DNA of 64,000 nt. It comes from Clostridia bacterium. GTDB taxonomy: Bacteria; Bacillota; Clostridia; Oscillospirales; Acutalibacteraceae. The translations under genes were made by a program, and so were the position numbers. This document shows, piece after piece, positions 37,518-46,439 of the stretch. Numbering within the stretch: position 1 is the first letter of the stretch; every line of letters begins with the position of its first letter. The notes below the pieces were generated by a model. That model searched no databases and was not told where the DNA came from. It saw only the letters and a list, made by a program, of their open reading frames with translations. The stretch is taken from the NCBI GenBank assembly GCA_017395425.1, contig JAFPUM010000034.1, positions 26,739 through 90,738 on the forward strand, given 5' to 3'.

Positions 37518-38102
37518 ATGATTCAAATGGAAGCCGTGAATTACGCCTTTGACATCGTCGAAGAGGAAACCACCGACAATGGGTTTGTGAAGCACGGATT
37601 CCGTTATCAGCTTCACGACAGGATTCAATGGGGCAATATGCTGTGCATTGTGCTGGCGGGTGTTCTGACCGGCATTTTGCGGCAGCAGTTTGGCTGGAAC
37701 GGGACGGTCAGTGTGATTTGCCTGACGGTTTCCGCGGTGCTGCTGCTGGCGGGATTCAGTCTGATGCAGGGCTGGGAAATCTTCTGGGCGGTCGGCTACT
37801 GCTGGCGGGACGGCGATGTGACCGTGATCCAATGCGGCGGGCAGGAATGCCGTATCGCGTCGGTCAAGGAACTGACCGGCGGTGATACGCGGTTTTTCTT
37901 CGCCGGATGTTCCGTGTTCAGCATTGTGACCGATAGGGATGTATTTGAAATCTACTCGCTCCCGCTGAAAGCAGCCGAGCAATTCGAGGATTCTTCGGTT
38001 TATCCGCTTTTTCAGATGGTGCTGGATGGCTATCCCTATTTGGAATCGGTGGAATTGCCCGGACAAAAGACGAAGTACAGATATGTAAGAATCGATAAAT
38101 AA
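37518..38102 (+). CDS. Hypothetical two-TM membrane protein
   Basis: ATG 37518 after GGGAG. Hydrophobic segments MLCIVLAGVLTGIL and VSVICLTVSAVLLLAGFSLM. No recognisable family. Confidence 0.5.
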   Translation: MIQMEAVNYAFDIVEEETTDNGFVKHGFRYQLHDRIQWGNMLCIVLAGVLTGILRQQFGWNGTVSVICLTVSAVLLLAGFSLMQGWEIFWAVGYCWRDGDVTVIQCGGQECRIASVKELTGGDTRFFFAGCSVFSIVTDRDVFEIYSLPLKAAEQFEDSSVYPLFQMVLDGYPYLESVELPGQKTKYRYVRIDK

Positions 38103-38125
38103 TGAGATAAAGGAGACATACAACA

Positions 38126-38833
38126 ATGGAACTCATCCATTACGCCAAGGAAATCGGCGCGACCACCTATCCCGGCAGAGGCATTCTGCTTGGCAAGAGC
38201 AAGAGCGGGAAGTACGCCGTCATCGCTTACTTTATCATGGGCAGAAGCCAGAACAGCCGTAACCGCATTTTTACCCCGCAGGAGGACGGCATCCGCACGG
38301 AAGCCTTCGACCCCTCCAAGCTGGTGGATCCCTCGCTCATCATCTATGCGCCGGTGCGCGTGCTGGGCGACGATACCATCGTGACCAACGGCGACCAGAC
38401 CGACACCATTTATGATTTCATGGCACAGGGCAAGACCTTTGAGGACGCGCTCAGAACCCGTACCTTCGAGCCCGACCCGCCCAACTATACCCCCCGCATC
38501 AGCGGTATTGTCCATAAGAACGGCGACTATCAGCTTTCCATCTTAAAGAGCGCCAACGGCAATCCCGATTCCGCGCAGCGCTTCTTCTTTGATTACAACG
38601 ACACCCCCGCCGGTCAGGGACACTTCATTCATACTTACAAGTGTGACGGCAATCCCATTCCAAGCTACGAGGGCGAACCCACATGGGTCGAAATCGACAC
38701 CGACTCCATTGACGAATTCACCGACACGGTGTGGAACGCGCTGAACGAGGATAACAAGGTTTCCCTTTTTACCCGCTTCATCGAACTGGCAACGGGCGAA
38801 ACGGAGACAAGCATTGTCAACAAGAATGTGTGA
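38126..38833 (+). CDS. IMP cyclohydrolase, PurO-like (archaeal type)
   Basis: YPGRGILLG, GRSQNSRNR, VTNGDQTDTI and EPDPPNYTPRISG align by eye with archaeal PurO motifs. 235 aa. Confidence 0.8.
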   Translation: MELIHYAKEIGATTYPGRGILLGKSKSGKYAVIAYFIMGRSQNSRNRIFTPQEDGIRTEAFDPSKLVDPSLIIYAPVRVLGDDTIVTNGDQTDTIYDFMAQGKTFEDALRTRTFEPDPPNYTPRISGIVHKNGDYQLSILKSANGNPDSAQRFFFDYNDTPAGQGHFIHTYKCDGNPIPSYEGEPTWVEIDTDSIDEFTDTVWNALNEDNKVSLFTRFIELATGETETSIVNKNV

Positions 38834-38857
38834 TTGAGAAAGGATTGGTAAAATAAC

Positions 38858-40033
38858 ATGAACGAAATGATGCTCAAATACGGCTGCAACCCCAACCAGA
38901 AGCCTTCCCGCATTTTCATGGAGGACGGCAGCGAACTGCCCATTGAAGTACTCAACGGCAAGCCCGGTTATATCAACCTGCTCGACGCGTTCAACAGCTG
39001 GCAGCTCGTCAGCGAACTCAAGAAGGCGACCGGCTATTGCGCGGCGGCTTCCTTCAAGCACGTCAGCCCCGCGGGCGCGGCGATTGGTACCCCTCTCTCC
39101 GACGTGCTGAAAAAGATTTATTTCGTGGATGATCTGGAACTCTCTCCTCTTGCCTGTGCCTATGCCAAGGCACGCGGCGCGGACAGAATGTCGAGCTACG
39201 GCGATTTCATCGCGCTCTCCGACGTGTGCGACGTACCCACCGCCAAGATGATTCAGCGCGAAGTCTCCGACGGCGTGATTGCCCCCGGCTATGAACCCGA
39301 AGCGCTCGAAATCCTCAAATCCAAGCGCAAGGGTACGTATTGCATTATCCAAATGGACGAAAATTACAAGCCCGCCGAAATCGAGCGCAAGCAGGTGTAC
39401 GGCGTGACCTTCGAGCAGGGTCGTAACGAGCTGGTCATTGACGACGCTATGATGAGCAATATCGTCACCGAGTGCAAGGACCTCCCCGAGACCGCGAAGC
39501 ACGACCTCATCATTTCGCTCATTACCCTGAAATACACCCAGTCCAACTCCGTCTGCTACGTCAAGGACGGTCAGGCGATCGGCGTGGGCGCGGGTCAGCA
39601 GTCGAGAGTGCATTGCACCCGTCTCGCCGGCAACAAGGCGGACAACTGGTATCTGCGCCAGCATGAGAAGGTGCTGAATCTGCCCTTTAAGGCGGACATC
39701 CGCCGTCCCGACCGCGACAATACGATTGACGTCTACATCAGCGACGATTACGACGACGTACTCCGCGACGGCACATGGGAACTCTTCTTCACCGAAAAGC
39801 CCGAACCGCTCACCAAGGAAGAAAAGAAGGCATGGCTTGCGACCATGAGCGGCGTATCTCTCGGCAGTGACGCGTTCTTCCCCTTTGGCGACAACATCGA
39901 ACGCGCCAAGAGAAGCGGCGTGCAGTACATCGCGGAGCCGGGCGGTTCTATCCGTGACGACAACGTCATCGAGACCTGCAACAAGTACGGCATGACGATG
40001 GTCTTTACGGGGATTCGTCTGTTCCATCACTAA
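38858..40033 (+). CDS. purH: AICAR formyltransferase (PurH, transformylase domain only)
   Basis: KYGCNPNQ, SFKHVSPAG, GVGAGQQSRV and GSIRD motifs of the AICARFT domain. No MGS-like IMP cyclohydrolase domain. 391 aa. Confidence 0.9.
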   Translation: MNEMMLKYGCNPNQKPSRIFMEDGSELPIEVLNGKPGYINLLDAFNSWQLVSELKKATGYCAAASFKHVSPAGAAIGTPLSDVLKKIYFVDDLELSPLACAYAKARGADRMSSYGDFIALSDVCDVPTAKMIQREVSDGVIAPGYEPEALEILKSKRKGTYCIIQMDENYKPAEIERKQVYGVTFEQGRNELVIDDAMMSNIVTECKDLPETAKHDLIISLITLKYTQSNSVCYVKDGQAIGVGAGQQSRVHCTRLAGNKADNWYLRQHEKVLNLPFKADIRRPDRDNTIDVYISDDYDDVLRDGTWELFFTEKPEPLTKEEKKAWLATMSGVSLGSDAFFPFGDNIERAKRSGVQYIAEPGGSIRDDNVIETCNKYGMTMVFTGIRLFHH

Positions 40034-40068
40034 CAGCGCGTTGTGCGTGCGCTCGCATTCGTTCGCTA

Positions 40069-40117
40069 AGTGAATGGTGAATAATGAATAGTGAATAATG
40101 GCGGAGCGCTGCGCGCT
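40069..40117 (+). repeat. 7-nt tandem repeats plus hairpin (locus 2)
   Basis: AGTGAAT GGTGAAT AATGAAT AGTGAAT AATGGCG (40069-40103), then hairpin AGCGC-TGC-GCGCT (40105-40117). Shares the 19-mer GTGAATAATGAATAGTGAA with locus 1. Confidence 0.85.
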
Positions 40118-40182
40118 GAATGTATTTTTTGGTGTCGCGGCGCTTTTTGCTGAAATGACTCATCGAAAGGATTGACACAATC

Positions 40183-41466
40183 ATGACATATCTGGTAGTG
40201 GGCGGCGGCGGTCGTGAACACACGATTATCCGCAAGCTCAAGGAAAGTCCCGACGTGGACAAAATCTACTGCACGCCGGGCAACGGCGGCATTTCCAAGG
40301 ATGCGGAAGTGTTCGATGTCGCCGCGACGGATATTGACGGCGTGGTGGCGCTCGCCAAAGAACTCGCCGTGGACTGCGTATTCGTCGCGCCGGATGACCC
40401 GCTGGTACTCGGCATGGTGGACGCGCTCAACGAACAGGGCATCCGTGCCTTCGGTCCCAACAAGAAAGCCGCCATTATCGAGGGGAGCAAGGTTTTCTCC
40501 AAGGAACTCATGAAGAAATACGGTATTCCCAGCGCGGCGTATGAGGTGTTCGACAACCCCAAGGCGGCACTGGACTACATTCAGACCCGCGACAGCTATC
40601 CGGCAGTCGTGAAAGCGGACGGTCTGGCGCTCGGCAAGGGCGTGGTCATCGCCGAAAATTTCGAGGAAGCCAAAGCCGCGATTCATTCCATTATGGAGGA
40701 TAAAATTTTCGGCAATTCCGGCAATCATATTGTCATTGAGGAATTTCTGACCGGTCCCGAAGTGTCGGTGCTGGCGTTTACCGATGGTCACTGCGTCAAG
40801 CCGATGGTTTCGTCGATGGATCACAAGCGGGTGTTCAACGGCAATCTCGGTCCCAACACGGGCGGCATGGGCACCATCAGCCCCAACCCCTATTACACCG
40901 ACGAAGTGGCGCAGGAGTGCATGGACAAAATCTTCCTGCCCACCATTCATGCCATGAACGCCGAGGGCAGAACCTTCAAGGGTTGTCTCTATTTCGGACT
41001 CATGATTACGCCGAACGGTCCCAAGGTCATCGAATACAACTGCCGTTTCGGCGACCCGGAGGCGCAGGTGGTACTGCCCCGCCTCAAGACCGATTTTTCC
41101 CGGATCGTCAACGCGATTATCGACGAAAAGCTTTCCGATCTCGACATCGAATGGGACGACGGCGCGTGCGCCTGTGTCATTATGGCTTCCGGCGGTTATC
41201 CGGGGAAGTATGAGAAGGGCATCGAAATCACCGGTCTGGACAAGAACGGTCAGGTGGAAGGCGCGACGGTGTACCATGCCGGAACCAAATGCTCCGAATT
41301 TGCGGGCGGCGGCTTCCTTACCAACGGCGGACGCGTGCTGGGTGTGACCGCGAAGGGCGCCAATCTCGATGAGGCGCTGGCAAACGTCTATGCCGCGGTG
41401 GACAAAATCCGGTTCAAGGGCGCGCATTACCGCACGGATATCGGCAGAGCGTACAAGAAATCATGA
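40183..41466 (+). CDS. purD: GAR synthetase (PurD)
   Basis: VVGGGGREH, ATP-grasp core, GPNTGGMG. 427 aa. Confidence 0.95.
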   Translation: MTYLVVGGGGREHTIIRKLKESPDVDKIYCTPGNGGISKDAEVFDVAATDIDGVVALAKELAVDCVFVAPDDPLVLGMVDALNEQGIRAFGPNKKAAIIEGSKVFSKELMKKYGIPSAAYEVFDNPKAALDYIQTRDSYPAVVKADGLALGKGVVIAENFEEAKAAIHSIMEDKIFGNSGNHIVIEEFLTGPEVSVLAFTDGHCVKPMVSSMDHKRVFNGNLGPNTGGMGTISPNPYYTDEVAQECMDKIFLPTIHAMNAEGRTFKGCLYFGLMITPNGPKVIEYNCRFGDPEAQVVLPRLKTDFSRIVNAIIDEKLSDLDIEWDDGACACVIMASGGYPGKYEKGIEITGLDKNGQVEGATVYHAGTKCSEFAGGGFLTNGGRVLGVTAKGANLDEALANVYAAVDKIRFKGAHYRTDIGRAYKKS

Positions 41467-41855
41467 CGGAACTGCAATCCTGCCTTGAATGGCTGAGAGA
41501 ACAATATCCCGGCGAAACCGACTTTTTTCCGCGCACCTGCGGCGATGATACGATTGAAAAATTGCCGGAGCCGCTGAGAGAGTTTTATTCCCTGTATGCC
41601 CGTGCGGAGCTTCCGTTCGGGCATATTGTTTCGCCGGAAGAAGCCTTGACTGACCCCATCGCGAAACAGGCGTTCGGGGACGAATGGTTCCAGTTCGGCT
41701 GTGACGATTATTTTACCTTCTGGCTCTGCCGGTTTGAACCGGATGGGGAAGGGCTGTGGTTCGACCCGTGGGATCACGATTCCGAAACCGCCCCGGAACC
41801 GGCATTTGCCGATCTGCCGTCCTTCCTGCGCTTTCTGGCGGAGGAATCCGAGTAG
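41463..41855 (+). CDS. SMI1/KNR4 (SUKH-1) family protein
   Basis: 130 aa. ATG overlaps the purD stop (ATGA). KLPEPLREFYSLY and WFQFGCDDYFTFWL...WDHDSE...LPSFLRFL resemble the SUKH fold signature. Confidence 0.6.
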   Translation: MTELQSCLEWLREQYPGETDFFPRTCGDDTIEKLPEPLREFYSLYARAELPFGHIVSPEEALTDPIAKQAFGDEWFQFGCDDYFTFWLCRFEPDGEGLWFDPWDHDSETAPEPAFADLPSFLRFLAEESE

Positions 41856-41917
41856 GAAGACACGCGGATTTCATAAAAACGTTGCGTGCGTTTTGGGAAA
41901 ATCCGGCAGAATCCATC

Positions 41918-41946
41918 TTGCCAATCTCCGTACAAAGTGGTATCAT
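41918..41946 (+). promoter_or_regulatory. Candidate promoter of the LRR protein gene
   Basis: -35 TTGCCA (41918-41923), 17-nt spacing, extended -10 TGgTATCAT (41938-41946). Confidence 0.5.
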
Positions 41947-42016
41947 GATGTCGGATATTTTGTGAAATGGTATCCATAGCAACATACAGGCATCCATTCA
42001 GAAAGAGAGGTATTCC

Positions 42017-45000
42017 ATGAGAAAGAAACTCGTTGTGGCGCTGGCGCTGGTGCTGGCGTTGACAAGTGCGGCGGCATTGCCGACATACACCGCCTATCTG
42101 CCGACGGTGTGTGCCGCGAGTACGAACAGCGGTGATTTTCAGATTGAAAAGGGCGTGCTGGTCAATTACACGGGCGAAGCCAAAGAAGTGGTGATTCCGA
42201 GCAGTGTCACCGCCATCGGGGAAAGGGCATTCAGTTACTGCACCACCGTGGAGAAAGTGACTATTCCCAACACAGTCAAGACCATCGGCGACGGCGCGTT
42301 TGCGTATTGCTACGAGCTGGAGAGCGTCACGATTCCGGGTTCCGTCACGTCGATCGGTGCGGAGGCGTTTACTTATACGGAACTGAAGCAGGTGACGCTG
42401 CCCGATTCGGTCAAGACCGTCGGCAACAACGCCTTTGAAGGCTGCCGTATGATGACGCAGGTGACCTTGCCGGGCACGATGACCGATATCCCCGTCGGAA
42501 TGTTTTACAACTGCATCAATCTCCCAAGCGTGACGCTTCCCAAAAATACCAAAACGATTGGCGCAAACGCCTTTTTCGGCTGCGGCGTGCTGCGGGATAT
42601 CACGCTGCCGTCCTCCGTCAAATCCATCGGCGGGAGCGCGTTCAGCGGGTGCGCCTGCCTCACCGATATCGTGATTCCAAGCGCCGTCACCCGCATTGAG
42701 GACGGCACGTTCCACGGCTGTACGAGACTGAAAAGCGTGACGGTTCCCGATTCCGTGACCTATATCGGTCGGAACGCTTTCAGCGACTGCTGGGAACTGA
42801 CAAGCCTGCCGATTCCCAAAGGGGTCACGTCGATTGACGGCGCGTTTCAGCAGTGCTACGCGCTGACTGACGTGACGGTTCCCGCCTCGGTCACGTCGAT
42901 GAATGACGCGTTTGCGTCCTGCACCGGTCTGAAAACCGTCCGCCTTTCGTCCGGTGTCAGGTCGCTGGACGGCGCGTTCAGCGGTTGCGAGAGCCTGACG
43001 GGTGTTACGATTCCCCAAGGGGTTACTTCCCTCGGCAACTACACCTTTTACAACTGCCGCAGTCTGACCGGCTTGACGGTTCCCGATTCCGTGACATCGG
43101 TCGGTATCTGGGCATTCAGCGGCTGCACCGGTCTGACCGACCTCGTGCTGCCGGACAGCGTAACCACCGTGGACAGTTACGCGTTCAGCGGGTGCAGCAA
43201 TCTGAAACATATCACCCTCTCCAAAAAGCTCACATCGCTCGGCGGCGGCGCGTTTGAATATTGCGCGGCGCTGACCGATGTAAACATCCCGAAGTCGCTC
43301 ACTGTCATTGAAGACGGTATGTTTGCGGGCTGCAAGGGTCTGACAAGCGTGACGATTCCGAACACCATCACCTCTGTCGGCGGGGGAGCGTTTAAGGGGT
43401 GCGGCAGTCTGACTTCTATCACATTGCCCGCTTCCGTCAAATCGCTGGGGAGCAACACGTTTTACGGGTGCGGCAATCTGACAAGCGTGACGCTTCCTGA
43501 TTCCGTGACGAACATTCCGGGCGGAATGTTCGGACAGTGTAAAAAACTTACAAATGTGACGATTCCGTCCGGTGTCACCTCCATCGGCAGCTGGGCGTTT
43601 GAGGATTGCAGAGGCATCAGGAGCCTGACCATTCCGAAATCCGTGAAGAGTCTCGGAGACGGCGCGTTTGCGGGCTGTACCGGGTTGACGGGTATTACGG
43701 TTCCCGCGTCGGTGACGACGCTGCCGGACAGCGTGTTCGCCGGCTGTCTGAACCTGACAAGCGTGAAGCTGGCGGGCAATGTCACGTCCATCGGCAGTTT
43801 TGCTTTCAGCGAATGCAGCAATCTGATGAACTTTACGATACCCGGCACGGTGAAATCCGTCGGCATGTATGCCTTCAACCGATGCAGCACTTTGACGAGC
43901 ATGACGGTGCCGGATGCCGTAAAAACCGTGGAAGACGGCACGTTCTACAACTGTTTCCGCATGACCCGCGTGACGCTACCCAAATCCGTGACGCAGATCG
44001 AATACGACGCGTTTATGGGAACGGGGTTGGAAAACGTATTCTACGCCGGTTCCGAGAGCCAGTGGAAGGGTATTTCCATCAGCGCCGGCAACAATCGGCT
44101 GGTCAACGCCAAGAAATACTACAACGGCAAGACGATTCCCGAAATCGTGATTACCGCGCACCCGGCGGATGTGCAGGGCAAGCTCGGGGAGGCTGTCTCC
44201 ATGCAGGTCAAGGCGACCGGCAGCGGACTGACCTATCAGTGGCAGCTGAGTGACGACGGCGGCAAGACGTGGCGGGACAGCTCGGTGAAAACCGCGCGTT
44301 ATGACACGACGCTCACCGAGAAGAATGACGGACGGTTCGTCCGCTGCGTGCTGACCGACAGTTACGGCAGCAAGCTCATCACCAAGAGCGCGACCATGAA
44401 AATCAACACGCTGGAAATCACCCGCCAGCCTGTCAGCGTGACCGTCCCATACGGCGCGGCGGTGTCCTTCCGCGTCAAGGCGGTGGGTCTTGATGTGAAG
44501 TATCAATGGCAGCTCAGCGATGACAGCGGGAAAACATGGCGCAACAGCTCCGTGCAGACGGCGGATTACAGTACCACGCTCACCGAAAAGAACGCGGGAC
44601 GCTGCGTCCGCTGTGTCGTCACCGACAAAGACGGCAGGCAGCTGATTTCCGACACCGCGTCCATGAATCCCGACGGTGTGACCATCACCGCACAGCCTTC
44701 CGACAGCAAGGTCAGATTCGGCGGCACGGTTTCCTTTGCGGTCAAGGCGACCGGCGGCAAGCTTGCCTACCAGTGGCAGCTCAGCGACGACGCGGGCAAG
44801 ACGTGGCGGAACAGTTCCGTGAAGACCGCCAATTATCAGACCACACTCAGCGAAAAGAATATCGGTCGGTATGTCCGCTGCGTTGTCACCAACCCGGGCG
44901 GCGCGACAGCGACTTCCCAAGCCGCCGTTATGCGGCTGGACGGTGTGGGAATTACATTACAGCCCGCAGACAGCAAAGCGTCTATCGGCGGAAAAGTGTC

Positions 45001-45211
45001 CTTCCGCGTCAAGGCAGTGGGCGAGGGTCTGATTTATCAGTGGCAGCTCAGTGATGACGCGGGCAAGACGTGGCGCAACAGTTCCGTGAAGACCGCGACG
45101 TATGGAACTACCCTGACGGACAAAAACAACGGCAGATCTGTCCGCTGCATAGTGACGGACAAATACGGCCATCAGGCAATTTCCAAAACCGGGGTCATGA
45201 GGGTGAAGTAA
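42017..45211 (+). CDS. Secreted BspA-type leucine-rich-repeat protein with four C-terminal Ig-like repeats
   Basis: Signal peptide (MRKKLVVALALVLALTSAAA). About 26 units of the pattern LTSVTIPxSVTSIGxxAFxxC. Then 4 x 89 aa units with a YQWQLSDDxGKTWR core. No LPXTG or TM at the C-terminus. Confidence 0.85.
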   Translation: MRKKLVVALALVLALTSAAALPTYTAYLPTVCAASTNSGDFQIEKGVLVNYTGEAKEVVIPSSVTAIGERAFSYCTTVEKVTIPNTVKTIGDGAFAYCYELESVTIPGSVTSIGAEAFTYTELKQVTLPDSVKTVGNNAFEGCRMMTQVTLPGTMTDIPVGMFYNCINLPSVTLPKNTKTIGANAFFGCGVLRDITLPSSVKSIGGSAFSGCACLTDIVIPSAVTRIEDGTFHGCTRLKSVTVPDSVTYIGRNAFSDCWELTSLPIPKGVTSIDGAFQQCYALTDVTVPASVTSMNDAFASCTGLKTVRLSSGVRSLDGAFSGCESLTGVTIPQGVTSLGNYTFYNCRSLTGLTVPDSVTSVGIWAFSGCTGLTDLVLPDSVTTVDSYAFSGCSNLKHITLSKKLTSLGGGAFEYCAALTDVNIPKSLTVIEDGMFAGCKGLTSVTIPNTITSVGGGAFKGCGSLTSITLPASVKSLGSNTFYGCGNLTSVTLPDSVTNIPGGMFGQCKKLTNVTIPSGVTSIGSWAFEDCRGIRSLTIPKSVKSLGDGAFAGCTGLTGITVPASVTTLPDSVFAGCLNLTSVKLAGNVTSIGSFAFSECSNLMNFTIPGTVKSVGMYAFNRCSTLTSMTVPDAVKTVEDGTFYNCFRMTRVTLPKSVTQIEYDAFMGTGLENVFYAGSESQWKGISISAGNNRLVNAKKYYNGKTIPEIVITAHPADVQGKLGEAVSMQVKATGSGLTYQWQLSDDGGKTWRDSSVKTARYDTTLTEKNDGRFVRCVLTDSYGSKLITKSATMKINTLEITRQPVSVTVPYGAAVSFRVKAVGLDVKYQWQLSDDSGKTWRNSSVQTADYSTTLTEKNAGRCVRCVVTDKDGRQLISDTASMNPDGVTITAQPSDSKVRFGGTVSFAVKATGGKLAYQWQLSDDAGKTWRNSSVKTANYQTTLSEKNIGRYVRCVVTNPGGATATSQAAVMRLDGVGITLQPADSKASIGGKVSFRVKAVGEGLIYQWQLSDDAGKTWRNSSVKTATYGTTLTDKNNGRSVRCIVTDKYGHQAISKTGVMRVK
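44141..45208 (+). repeat. Four in-frame 267-bp tandem repeats (Ig-like modules)
   Basis: 1068 nt equals 4 x 89 codons. Each unit carries YQWQLSDD(G/S/A)GKTWR and VRCV(L/V)T. Confidence 0.85.
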
Positions 45212-45252
45212 GAAATCGGATAGGCGGCAGGTGTGTTGCCGTAACAAACAGG

Positions 45253-45307
45253 AAAAAGCAGTGTCGCAAACCGTTCCCATGCAGGGCGGCGAAGGCACTG
45301 CTTTTTT
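45253..45307 (+). terminator. Possible terminator after the LRR gene
   Basis: AAAAAGCAGTG pairs with CACTGCTTTTT around a large (about 32 nt) loop, with a T-run. Weakened by the loop size. Confidence 0.45.
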
Positions 45308-45372
45308 CCTTGCAAAATGCGGTTTCGCGTGGTACAATGTTGGCAAATCCATTTCGGAGGAAGTATCTGATT

Positions 45373-46296
45373 ATGAATATGGACGGTTTTATCCACCTTG
45401 CGGAGCTGCAGGGAATGCTGATGCTCATGCTGCTCATCGGGCTGATCATGCGCAAAACAGGCACCATTACCGAGGCGGGCAAAAAAAGCCTGACAGACCT
45501 GATTATCAATATTATTCTGCCGTGCAATATTATCTATTCCTTTATGATTGAATTTTCGTATCAGATTTTCATCAGTTGCGGGGTAGTGCTGCTGATCTCG
45601 GTGGTGATACAGTTGATGTGTACGACCATCAGCCGCTTCTGCTACAACAGGGTTCCCGACGGACAGAAGGAAGTGCTGCAATACGCGACGGTATGTTCCA
45701 ACGCGGGATTTATGGGCAATCCCATCGCGGAATCGGTCTTCGGTTCGCTGGGACTGCTCTATGCCTCGATTTATCTGATTCCGCTGCGCATTGTGATGTG
45801 GTCGGCGGGCGTGTCATATTTTACGCACGCTTCCGACCGGAAAACCGTCATCAAAAAAGTGGCGACCCACCCGTGTATTATCGCGGTGTTCATCGGACTG
45901 TTCCTCATGGTGACGCAAATCCGGCTGCCGGGATTTCTGTCGCAGACCATCTCCAAAATCGGCGGCTGCACGACTGCCATGTCCATGTTTATCATCGGGG
46001 CGATTCTGGCGGAGGTCAACATCAAGACCCTTGTGAGCAAGGTGACGCTGCTCTATACGGGACTGCGGCTGGTGCTGATTCCGCTGGCGGTGTACGCGGG
46101 CTGTATGCTGTTTCATGTGAATCCGCTGCTGATGGGGGTTTCCACGGTGTTGGCGGGAATGCCGGCGGGTACGACGACGGTGATTCTCGCCGCCAAATAC
46201 GGCGGGGACGAGCATTTTGCCACCAAGTGCGTGGTGCTGAGTACGGTGCTGTCGCTGGCAACCATTCCGGTGTGGTGCATTCTTGTCAACCTATAA
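45373..46296 (+). CDS. AEC (auxin efflux carrier) family transporter
   Basis: About 307-aa polytopic membrane protein. The track ORF from 45070 was trimmed to ATG 45373 (MNMDGFIHLAELQGML). Two-lobed hydrophobic architecture typical of AEC permeases. Confidence 0.8.
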   Translation: MNMDGFIHLAELQGMLMLMLLIGLIMRKTGTITEAGKKSLTDLIINIILPCNIIYSFMIEFSYQIFISCGVVLLISVVIQLMCTTISRFCYNRVPDGQKEVLQYATVCSNAGFMGNPIAESVFGSLGLLYASIYLIPLRIVMWSAGVSYFTHASDRKTVIKKVATHPCIIAVFIGLFLMVTQIRLPGFLSQTISKIGGCTTAMSMFIIGAILAEVNIKTLVSKVTLLYTGLRLVLIPLAVYAGCMLFHVNPLLMGVSTVLAGMPAGTTTVILAAKYGGDEHFATKCVVLSTVLSLATIPVWCILVNL

Positions 46297-46439
46297 CGCC
46301 GTTCCGCATATTCTGACGGTGGAAAATAAACCGTCAATCGTGAATCTTTCACAATTATGCCGGTGATGTTTTGGACAATTGTGTGGTTTTCACGGTTGAC
46401 AAATTTTCCACCGTATGATTTAATAATATAAGTCAGAAA

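Noticed and set aside
40005-40262. 85-aa minus-strand ORF containing HYSLFIIHHSL.
   Set aside because: It is a translation of the heptamer repeat array and the purH-purD spacer. No SD, and it overlaps the purH end and the purD start.
46316-46414. Perfect 12-nt inverted repeat (ACGGTGGAAAAT / ATTTTCCACCGT), with the arms 75 nt apart, around the presumed glmS promoter region.
   Set aside because: By rough expectation, a single 12-nt inverted repeat within about 100 nt in a 64-kb window is not clearly beyond chance. No supporting features were seen.
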